A model generated the notes under the pieces. That model saw only the letters and a list, made by a program, of their open reading frames with translations. It ran no database searches and had not been told where the DNA came from. Of a DNA stretch of 64,000 nucleotides, positions 29,132-36,813 are shown in pieces (within the stretch, counting starts at the first letter, position 1; each line of letters starts with the position of its first letter). The DNA comes from Nitrosopumilus sp. (GTDB lineage Archaea; Thermoproteota; Nitrososphaeria; Nitrososphaerales; Nitrosopumilaceae). The position numbers and the translations under genes were made by a program. The stretch spans positions 1,280,001 through 1,344,000 of the forward strand of contig OY763927.2 in assembly GCA_963667665.2 (NCBI GenBank), in the 5' to 3' direction.

Positions 29132-29680
29132 ATGGCTAAAGCCTATGTCTTAATTGTAAATGAACCTGGAGCAGAAGATTCTATAATTTCTAATTTAAGT
29201 AAAATATCAAGTATTACAGATGCCCATAGAACATTTGGAACATATGACATACTAACCAAACTAGAATCTCATGATGAAGATATAATTCAAAATAATATTA
29301 CAAATGGAATTAGAAAAATTTCAAAGATTAGATCAACTTTAACAATACTGGTCGATAAAAAACCAGGAATCTTAAAGGTAAACGAAATTGAACAAAAAGT
29401 ATTAGATGAGCATACGGCTCAGGCGTATATTATCACTATTCATCGTGTAAAGACAGACGAACCTTACATAATGAAAAGATTACAAGAAATTCCTGAAGTG
29501 ATAGAAGCAGATTTCTTGATTGGATACTATGAGATGATTTGTAAGATTTCTGCTCCTTCATTCAATGACATTTCTGAAATTGTTAGTAGTAAGATTAGAA
29601 AGATTTCTGGAATAAAATCTACAATAACAGTTAATGTGATAAATAATCAGGGATTTAGTAGAAAACCATGTTCTAGGTAA
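29132..29680 (+). CDS. tandem Lrp/AsnC ligand-binding-domain protein (no HTH)
   Basis: Two copies of AY.LI...G.YD/E...IRKI..I.ST.T. Confidence 0.85.
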   Translation: MAKAYVLIVNEPGAEDSIISNLSKISSITDAHRTFGTYDILTKLESHDEDIIQNNITNGIRKISKIRSTLTILVDKKPGILKVNEIEQKVLDEHTAQAYIITIHRVKTDEPYIMKRLQEIPEVIEADFLIGYYEMICKISAPSFNDISEIVSSKIRKISGIKSTITVNVINNQGFSRKPCSR

Positions 29681-29836
29681 ATGCACAAAATGTTCTTGAA
29701 GAAGAATTGAAAATATTTGAATCTTCAATGCCGTAACTAAAAAAACGAGATACTCTCTATTAGTACCATGAAAATTTAACCCTCTAGGGGATTTCCTAAT
29801 TGATTCAATTCTTTAGAGGCTTGAACCATTCTTTTT

Positions 29837-29977
29837 TTAGAATCCTTCTTCGTCTGCATCAGGTTCTTTATTTATTTTCTCAAAAGTCATATCTGCTCTT
29901 TGGCATGATTCACATTTTTCCCACATACCAAATTCATTCCTATATTTTCCTGTTCCATCACATCTCAAACAGTTCAA
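29837..29977 (-). CDS. 46-aa zinc-finger microprotein
   Basis: Read manually, TTG start: MNCLRCDGTGKYRNEFGMWEKCESCQRADMTFEKINKEPDADEEGF. Confidence 0.55.
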   Translation of the reverse strand: MNCLRCDGTGKYRNEFGMWEKCESCQRADMTFEKINKEPDADEEGF

Positions 29978-30085
29978 TTTGATTTAATTAGATTAGATTA
30001 GCATTAAGGTTTTCTAAGAATCTGATTTTTTTTGAATCTAGATGTTTGATTCTAAACTCTTTTTTTACAGTATAAAGTAGAAAAT

Positions 30086-31117
30086 TTGTATATGTCTAGT
30101 GTAATAGTAAATGGAGTAATTCTCGCAATGGTATTTGTTTTGTTTATTCCAGTATCAGTATTTGCGCCATCTCATCCAGAGTATGTTGGATTTGATTCAC
30201 CAAGAAAGCAAGTAGCACAAGGTGTTTTGCCTTCAGCAGTTACTTGCAATGAAGGATTATCATTAATTGTAAAAAATAGTGGCACTCCTGCATGTGTTAA
30301 AGAATCCACTTTAGATAAACTTGAGAAACGTGGTTGGGGAGGAGTTCCTGGCCCTTGTTGCAAAAAGATGCATGAAGAAACTCAGACACTTCCTGATTAT
30401 CAAAAAAATGAAAACAACAATTCTGCAGTATTCTCTGTTGGGAAATTAAAAGTAGATGTAATGGATGTGAAATATTATCAAAACTCTATAGGATATCTTG
30501 CTGCACCTCAATTAGAAGGAGACTATCCTGGAATAATTATGATTCATGAATGGTGGGGACTAAATGATAACATCAAAGAGATGGCAGAAAAACTAGCATC
30601 GCATGGATATGTTGTATTAGCTGTAGACTTGTATGATGGAAATGTAGCAGTAACCTCTGAGCAAGCTCGTTCCTTGATTGGATCTTTTGAGAAACAATAT
30701 TGGATTGATAACATGAATGCTGCTACATCGTATCTTCAAGTAGAGTACTTGCCTGAAAAGATTGGATCTATTGGTTGGTGCTTTGGTGGCGGTCAATCAT
30801 TGAATCTTGCATTAAATAATGAGATGGATGCAACTATAATTTACTATGGAAATCTAGAAACACAATTAGATGTACTATCAGTAATTGATTGGCCAATCCT
30901 TGGAATTTTTGCAGGGTTAGATACAGGAATTCCACCTGAAACAGTTAATGAATTTGAATCAGCATTAGATGAGCTATCTATTCCAAATGAAATTTACATT
31001 TATCCTGATGTAAATCACGCATTTGCAAATCCATCGGGAGATAGATATGCACCTGAAGAGTCTAGTGATGCATGGAATAAGACTATAGAATTTCTAGAGA
31101 GCAATTTGAAGAATTAG
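30086..31117 (+). CDS. secreted dienelactone hydrolase-family protein with N-terminal two-Cys module
   Basis: Signal peptide; IHEWWGLN, GWCFGG and HAFAN motifs. Confidence 0.9.
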   Translation: MYMSSVIVNGVILAMVFVLFIPVSVFAPSHPEYVGFDSPRKQVAQGVLPSAVTCNEGLSLIVKNSGTPACVKESTLDKLEKRGWGGVPGPCCKKMHEETQTLPDYQKNENNNSAVFSVGKLKVDVMDVKYYQNSIGYLAAPQLEGDYPGIIMIHEWWGLNDNIKEMAEKLASHGYVVLAVDLYDGNVAVTSEQARSLIGSFEKQYWIDNMNAATSYLQVEYLPEKIGSIGWCFGGGQSLNLALNNEMDATIIYYGNLETQLDVLSVIDWPILGIFAGLDTGIPPETVNEFESALDELSIPNEIYIYPDVNHAFANPSGDRYAPEESSDAWNKTIEFLESNLKN

Positions 31118-31452
31118 TCTGATTAACTTTGATTTATTAATTAATTTAGAAAAATTTTATGTCGTACAATACCAATGCTTGAAATCGTACTATACGACTT
31201 GTAAAGGCTAGACTAATTTTATCTAGATTTATAACGCATGATCATTGGCGTGAATGATGTTTCAGAAAATAATCTGTCATCTTGAAAAATTATTCAAGTA
31301 TGTAGATAGACAAACTAACATCGGTTGATGTTTTATCGGGGGAAGCGTTTGTCTTCCCTCTGACCCTTTAGATTAAGTGAAGTAAAACTACCAAATTGGG
31401 GATAAAAATGAAGGATTATAACAGATCCATATTTTTTTATTTATACTCTCAT

Positions 31453-31692
31453 TCACAATGAAGTAGGGTATTTTTTGTAAATAGATTTGTAGATGGTTCC
31501 TTTTGTATACTCTATTCCATGTTCATTATTCATGTATTCACAATAAGCATCAACTACTTGATCAATTACTCCTTCCATAAAATAATCACAATCAAAACCA
31601 TAATCATCACACCTAATGTTTACAATTTTAGAGATTACCTTGTCACCTTGTATAGTGGATACGTTACTAGTGTCTACGGATAATTCTGCCAA
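31453..31692 (-). CDS. DUF1059-like protein
   Basis: CDDYGFDCDY...EHGIEY, similar to 602..769. Confidence 0.65.
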   Translation of the reverse strand: MAELSVDTSNVSTIQGDKVISKIVNIRCDDYGFDCDYFMEGVIDQVVDAYCEYMNNEHGIEYTKGTIYKSIYKKYPTSL

Positions 31693-31868
31693 CTAATTTG
31701 GTACGTGATGGATTGATTTAAAGATGATCAAAAGTATGTAAGTATGAAAAAAATATAATATATTTTAATAAAAATACACAAAAACTGTAAAAAATAGTCT
31801 AGATGATCCGAAATTAGTTCTACATTGTTTACTGAAATTCTTAATTCTTAGTTTGCTTTGAATGTATT

Positions 31869-31979
31869 ATGGCTTTTACTAGATGTGGCAAATGTGGCGA
31901 ACTTCGATTTGATACAAAAATTAATCTTTGTGCAAATTGTGGCTATAGAATTACAAGGACTGCAAAGTCATTTGAGTGA
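31869..31979 (+). CDS. 36-aa C4 zinc-ribbon microprotein
   Basis: Read manually: MAFTRCGKCGELRFDTKINLCANCGYRITRTAKSFE. Confidence 0.55.
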   Translation: MAFTRCGKCGELRFDTKINLCANCGYRITRTAKSFE

Positions 31980-32004
31980 TGAAGGAATTTTGATAGTGAA
32001 TTAA

Positions 32005-32199
32005 ATGAAACCTAATGGATTATTGATACTGTATCCAGTATTGTTTGGATTAATTGGAGGCATCATAGCGTACTTGAGAGTTATAAATAAAGACAAAGAT
32101 CTTGCTACTGCATTATTGAAGATAGGAGGAGGAGTAACTGCATTATGGATTGTTGTAGTAATTGTCATATTTGTAATACAATATACTGACTTTATCTAA
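32005..32199 (+). CDS. small two-TM membrane protein
   Basis: FGLIGGIIAY...A..LL.IG pattern. Confidence 0.65.
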   Translation: MKPNGLLILYPVLFGLIGGIIAYLRVINKDKDLATALLKIGGGVTALWIVVVIVIFVIQYTDFI

Positions 32200-32438
32200 A
32201 AAATCATCTAGTTTTTACATCCCCATACTGGTAATTTGTTGCGTGATTCCAAAAATCGCGATTACCAAATCGGGTAATCGAAACGCAAATTGAAGAACGG
32301 ATTCTCTCCATTCTTCATGAGATTGGAAGGACCTATTCAGTTCTTTCAATCTCGCTTTTGATAATTTAGATATACATTGTATCGTTATGAATTAAGAATA
32401 GATAATACGCTTGAGTTTCTAATTTTTGTAGAAACTTT

Positions 32439-32678
32439 GTGACCGATGATAAGAAAATGAAAATTATGTGTAAATGGTGTAATGTTTCTAAAACTTGTCA
32501 TATTGTTAGTCAAGAAATTACAGATCATCAGGGAACCTATGGAATAGATAGTGTCATGATGGCCAAAGTTAAAATCCACAAGCATTTCAAAGGAAAAAAT
32601 TATTGTAAAGGCTCAGATAGAACAATTACTGTGCCTTTAGATAAGGTGGTAAAGTATAATGAAAAAAATCGAGATTAG
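32439..32678 (+). CDS. hypothetical Cys/His protein
   Basis: CKWC...H.H.....C.GS pattern. Confidence 0.6.
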   Translation: MTDDKKMKIMCKWCNVSKTCHIVSQEITDHQGTYGIDSVMMAKVKIHKHFKGKNYCKGSDRTITVPLDKVVKYNEKNRD

Positions 32679-32717
32679 ATTCTAAACTCTTTTTGCCTAG
32701 CTCACATCATATAACAT

Positions 32718-33677
32718 GTGAAAAAAGTACTGCTTTTTGCAGTGGTTTTTGTATTGATAATTAGTGTTTCTTCTGCAACAATTTATGCCCAATCTCAATC
32801 TGAGATTCCATCCTGGGTTAAAGGAATAGCAAACTTTTGGGTGGAAGGAAACATTTCAGATAACGAATTTGGAGAATCAATTTCATTTCTAATTGAACAA
32901 AAAATTATACAAGTTGAAATGCCAGAGACGGATAATTATCAAGACACTAAAAAAATTAGAGATCTAGTAGTTAAAAATAAGAAATTAGAAGCAGAAAATA
33001 AGAAACTCAAAAACGAGAATTCAATTTTAAAAAATGAGAATAAGCAATTGAATACTATGGTTGACAATCTTTTGTATTCACCACCTGAATCTTCAAATGA
33101 TAATTATTTAGACAATGGATGTACTGTAGATTATCCATACCCTTGGTCAGATGGATTATGTCATAAGATATCAGAACCTAACTGTCCTGCAAGTAATCCT
33201 TACATTTGGTCTGATGGATTTTGTTACAAGTCTCCAGAATATTTAGACAATGGTTGTCATAGTGATTATCCATACTATTGGTCAGATGGATTGTGTCATA
33301 CAACACCTGAATCAAATTATAATCCACCAACAAATTCAGCTCCAAGTTGCGACTCTTCATATCCAGATGTATGCATTCCACCTTATCCTCCAGATTTAGA
33401 TTGTGATGAGATTTTCTATTCTAACTTTAGAGTGACAGGTTATGATCCTCACGGATTTGATACTGATTATGATGGTATAGGTTGTGAAGTAGGTTCTCCT
33501 GATTCTTCTAACACTGTAGATACTCCAAGTTGTGATCCTTCATATCCGGATGTATGCATTCCACCATATCCTCCTGACTTGAATTGTGGAGATATTGGAT
33601 ACTCAAACTTTAGAGTAATAGGAAATGATCCTCATGGATTTGATAGAAACAATGACGGAATTGGTTGTGAATCATGA
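32718..33677 (+). CDS. secreted protein: IPSW domain, coiled coil, 3 Cys/YPY repeats, 2 Excalibur-like Ca-binding repeats
   Basis: Signal peptide; IPSWVKGIA.FW; C...YPY.WSDG.C x3; CDPSYPDVCIPP...DPHGFD.D.DGIGCE x2. Confidence 0.8.
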   Translation: MKKVLLFAVVFVLIISVSSATIYAQSQSEIPSWVKGIANFWVEGNISDNEFGESISFLIEQKIIQVEMPETDNYQDTKKIRDLVVKNKKLEAENKKLKNENSILKNENKQLNTMVDNLLYSPPESSNDNYLDNGCTVDYPYPWSDGLCHKISEPNCPASNPYIWSDGFCYKSPEYLDNGCHSDYPYYWSDGLCHTTPESNYNPPTNSAPSCDSSYPDVCIPPYPPDLDCDEIFYSNFRVTGYDPHGFDTDYDGIGCEVGSPDSSNTVDTPSCDPSYPDVCIPPYPPDLNCGDIGYSNFRVIGNDPHGFDRNNDGIGCES

Positions 33678-33679
33678 TT

Positions 33680-33790
33680 TTATTTTCTTCTTATCCAATC
33701 CCATTCAGGACGTTCATTTTGTTCAGGTTCTATTCCAAGAACTTTTTCATGGAATTCATAGATAAATTCGTCTAGATCTTCTTCATCCAT
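33680..33790 (-). CDS. possible 36-aa hypothetical protein
   Basis: Read manually: MDEEDLDEFIYEFHEKVLGIEPEQNERPEWDWIRRK, with TATA-like sequence upstream. Confidence 0.35.
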   Translation of the reverse strand: MDEEDLDEFIYEFHEKVLGIEPEQNERPEWDWIRRK

Positions 33791-34001
33791 ATGATTTTCA
33801 TAATCATTTTAGTATATAGCAAATATTATGTTCAAAATATGACACACACTATTTAGCTATTTTAGATTCTACTCTAGACAATTTGAAAAAACTATTCACT
33901 CTACGCGTTCAATTAATTTTAAGATACAAACAATCGATGTTACATCAAGAGTAAATTATGATAAATTGAATGGTTTGCCAATATGTTTAGAGTCTAAATT
34001 C

Positions 34002-34694
34002 TTACATTGACAGATATACGTTACAGGAGCCACAGAATTGTTTTCCATTTTTGTACTGTGTATCATTGCCACAATGAGGACAAACCCAAAACTGTGTCTC
34101 ATCTTGTGATTTTAATTTTGGAAGTAAGTTTGATTGAGATGATGCCCTACTACTTTGTCTACTACTTTGTCTACTACTTTGCCTTCTAGGTCTACGTCTT
34201 AATGCTTGTTGACGATTTAATAGTCTTTTTGTTGGAAGTTCATATTCAAACATAATTTTTCCTGTTTTCAACAATGTGATTCTATAACACATTCCATTTG
34301 ATTTTATTTCATAATTTTTTAGATATTCCCAGATTTTCTCAAACTTTCTATCAATATCTTTCATTGCCAAAGTTGCATGGAATTTGAATTCATCTTTTGA
34401 ATCATGATCGATATTTGTGGTATCAGTAATTTTGAGTAGTTTTTTTGCCAATTTGTGTCTGAATTCTTTGAGTTCATCACTTGGTTTTATTTTCAGATAG
34501 ATTACATTTTTCTTGGTAGATGTAGTGATGAATAGAAATTTTTTCTTTAACTCAAAATAATCAAACCCATCAATTCCATATGCTAATTCTGAGTATTCAG
34601 AACCAACTTCTCCAATGGTATGTATGACATCTCTAATGGAACGACATCCAAAAGGGCCAAATAGTGAAACATGAGGTACAGGTCTGTGTTTCAC
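34002..34694 (-). CDS. 2H phosphoesterase (2'-5' RNA ligase superfamily) with C-terminal Zn ribbon, probably N-terminally truncated
   Basis: PHVSL and FHATL (HxS/T) motifs; CPHC...CGSC. The first motif is only 8 aa from the GTG start. Confidence 0.75.
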   Translation of the reverse strand: MKHRPVPHVSLFGPFGCRSIRDVIHTIGEVGSEYSELAYGIDGFDYFELKKKFLFITTSTKKNVIYLKIKPSDELKEFRHKLAKKLLKITDTTNIDHDSKDEFKFHATLAMKDIDRKFEKIWEYLKNYEIKSNGMCYRITLLKTGKIMFEYELPTKRLLNRQQALRRRPRRQSSRQSSRQSSRASSQSNLLPKLKSQDETQFWVCPHCGNDTQYKNGKQFCGSCNVYLSM

Positions 34695-34737
34695 TTGACC
34701 CCTAACTCGGAATTTATGGAAAATATCAAAAACAATT

Positions 34738-35148
34738 TTGTTTGATGGAACAAAACCATTTCCATCAAAAGCAGAGGAGAAAAAAAGTGAAATGGTTGAT
34801 GGACTTGATGAGCTAAATCAAGAAATCAAAGAAAGAGAAAATAAATTGAAAAATTATTTGATTGTTGCTCCAAAACGATCTGAACGTGGTGCAATTAGTA
34901 GTAATTTGGGTACAATAATGCAAAATTTTTTACCACATAACAAGGAGTTTGGCAAAAATATCTCGATAGTGGACTCGAGATTTTTATCTGCACAAATAGA
35001 CATTATAGTTTTTGATGGTGCAGCAAATTATGATGTAAAACATATTTCCTTTATGGATGCTAAAACTGGAGATGGAACACTGGAACCAAATCAAAAACAA
35101 ATTAGTGATATTGTAACTAATGGTAAGGTAAGATCGGAGTTGCTCTAA
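34738..35148 (+). CDS. archaeal Holliday-junction-resolvase-like PD-(D/E)xK nuclease, probably N-terminally truncated
   Basis: RFL...IDIIVFDG...SFMDAKTG..L..NQKQI pattern. Confidence 0.7.
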   Translation: MFDGTKPFPSKAEEKKSEMVDGLDELNQEIKERENKLKNYLIVAPKRSERGAISSNLGTIMQNFLPHNKEFGKNISIVDSRFLSAQIDIIVFDGAANYDVKHISFMDAKTGDGTLEPNQKQISDIVTNGKVRSELL

Positions 35149-35709
35149 ATGGCAGATACTTTAGATCTATTTAATCAATTTAAGACAATTTTATGTTTAT
35201 GCCCACATTGTTCAAGTCTTCTTAGGTTAAGTCAGTTGCATTTACGTTCTGATGTTCCATCTCAAAAAACATGGCTTGATGAATATGATCTAAAGAAAAT
35301 TAAACTAGGAAACAAGGAAGAAAAGATTTCTCAGAAAGAATACAAACAAAAAGAATTGATAAAGGAGAAAAAAAAAGAAGCTACACAACGTGGAAGAACT
35401 AAAGTTGTAAACACTGTTTTGAATTCTTTACATTCTTCATCTTCAACAAATATGTTGAAAAAATACAATCCATTTGATGTAAAACCAATAATTCATCCTG
35501 TAGATTTTGTGATTTTCAATGGAGATTATGAAGCAAAAAAGACCAAATATAAGAAAAAAAAGATTCAGGAAGTTGTATTTTTCTCAAAAAAATCAGAAAA
35601 TTCAGATATGTTAAACTTGCAAAAATCAGTTGATGAATGTGTAAAAAACAAAAATTATGATTTTAAGGTTGTAAGAATCAACAATAGTGGTAATGTAAGT
35701 TTTGAATAA
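35149..35709 (+). CDS. Holliday-junction-resolvase-like protein (second paralogue)
   Basis: N-terminal CPHC, coiled coil, HPVDFVIFNG. The (D/E)xK motif is replaced by FSKK. Confidence 0.7.
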   Translation: MADTLDLFNQFKTILCLCPHCSSLLRLSQLHLRSDVPSQKTWLDEYDLKKIKLGNKEEKISQKEYKQKELIKEKKKEATQRGRTKVVNTVLNSLHSSSSTNMLKKYNPFDVKPIIHPVDFVIFNGDYEAKKTKYKKKKIQEVVFFSKKSENSDMLNLQKSVDECVKNKNYDFKVVRINNSGNVSFE

Positions 35710-35731
35710 TCCCAATTTGTCATCAATGTAC

Positions 35732-36319
35732 TTAGATTGGAGTGATTGGAACTCCTTCTGACTCTGCGGCTTTAATCAGTAGACTATCTCGCGTAATCAA
35801 TTGAACTTGTTTAGTCAAATGCATTTGGAGTAAGATACAATCAGTTACAGAAAGTGGAATTCCCTCCTCATTAACATATTTTTTTGAATCAAATATTTCT
35901 CTTGCTTTGAGCATTTCTTTATCTGCATAATCTATTTGGATTTTTTTGACTGCACCTATCTTTCTTAGTGATTCAATAATTCGTTCTTCAGTTAATGATA
36001 CATTGTACTCTTGTTTTTCCATGTGGATGGTTTCAATTAATATTCTATCAACTAAAACTAGATTTTTTTCAGTGCCTTGAATTTTTTTTGTAAGCTTTTC
36101 AACAATATTTTTATTATTGATTATTTCATGAATTATCATTGTATCTAGTAACAAATGAGTTATTTTTTTGGTACTTTGCTCTGATGTTTTGATACTTTGA
36201 TTAGATATTTTGATGGTTGGTAATTCTTTTTTAGTTTTTTTACCAACAAATTCAGTAGCAGCTTCAACTCTTTTTCTTAATCTTTCTTTTGCTCTTTCTC
36301 TTTTTTCCTTATTAGACAT
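35732..36319 (-). CDS. PIN-domain protein
   Basis: LLLDT, ILIE, LSVTDC and LITRD acidic PIN motifs. Confidence 0.85.
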   Translation of the reverse strand: MSNKEKRERAKERLRKRVEAATEFVGKKTKKELPTIKISNQSIKTSEQSTKKITHLLLDTMIIHEIINNKNIVEKLTKKIQGTEKNLVLVDRILIETIHMEKQEYNVSLTEERIIESLRKIGAVKKIQIDYADKEMLKAREIFDSKKYVNEEGIPLSVTDCILLQMHLTKQVQLITRDSLLIKAAESEGVPITPI

Positions 36320-36353
36320 TACTTTGAATTTCTTATTCTCTTCTAATTATTTA

Positions 36354-36740
36354 CTATTTTTCCTTATTTTCTTCATCAAATAGTCCCAACGTTTCTCTAA
36401 TGTTATTAAATATGTTTCTTGGTCTTTTCTTTTTTCCTTTTCTCATATGCGATAACATGCTCTCAAAAAATTCTACTTGTGAGCATGGTTTCCAATAATC
36501 CATACCTGATTCGTTAATTTTTCTCATACAAAAATTACAATAGAATTTTTCTCCAGTATTGACACGTCCAATGAATTTAGTAGTTCCACACATGCAACAT
36601 GCATTTTCCTCGTCTATCACAGTATCATTACAAAATTTTTGCATTAAACTAATTTCCAACAATTCATCACTTGTCACATCTTTAGTCACTGTCACAAATT
36701 GAGGCGTAAAGGAGGGGCTACTATTTTTACTGATTGTCAA
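36354..36740 (-). CDS. hypothetical Zn-finger protein (possible PIN partner)
   Basis: CCMC...YCNFC; directly upstream of the PIN gene. Confidence 0.6.
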   Translation of the reverse strand: MTISKNSSPSFTPQFVTVTKDVTSDELLEISLMQKFCNDTVIDEENACCMCGTTKFIGRVNTGEKFYCNFCMRKINESGMDYWKPCSQVEFFESMLSHMRKGKKKRPRNIFNNIRETLGLFDEENKEK

Positions 36741-36813
36741 GAATCTCTTTTGTAAAAACTCTCATAGGGAATTATTACTTTGGTTCAATGCCCTAAAAAT
36801 AAAAAAAGAAAGA

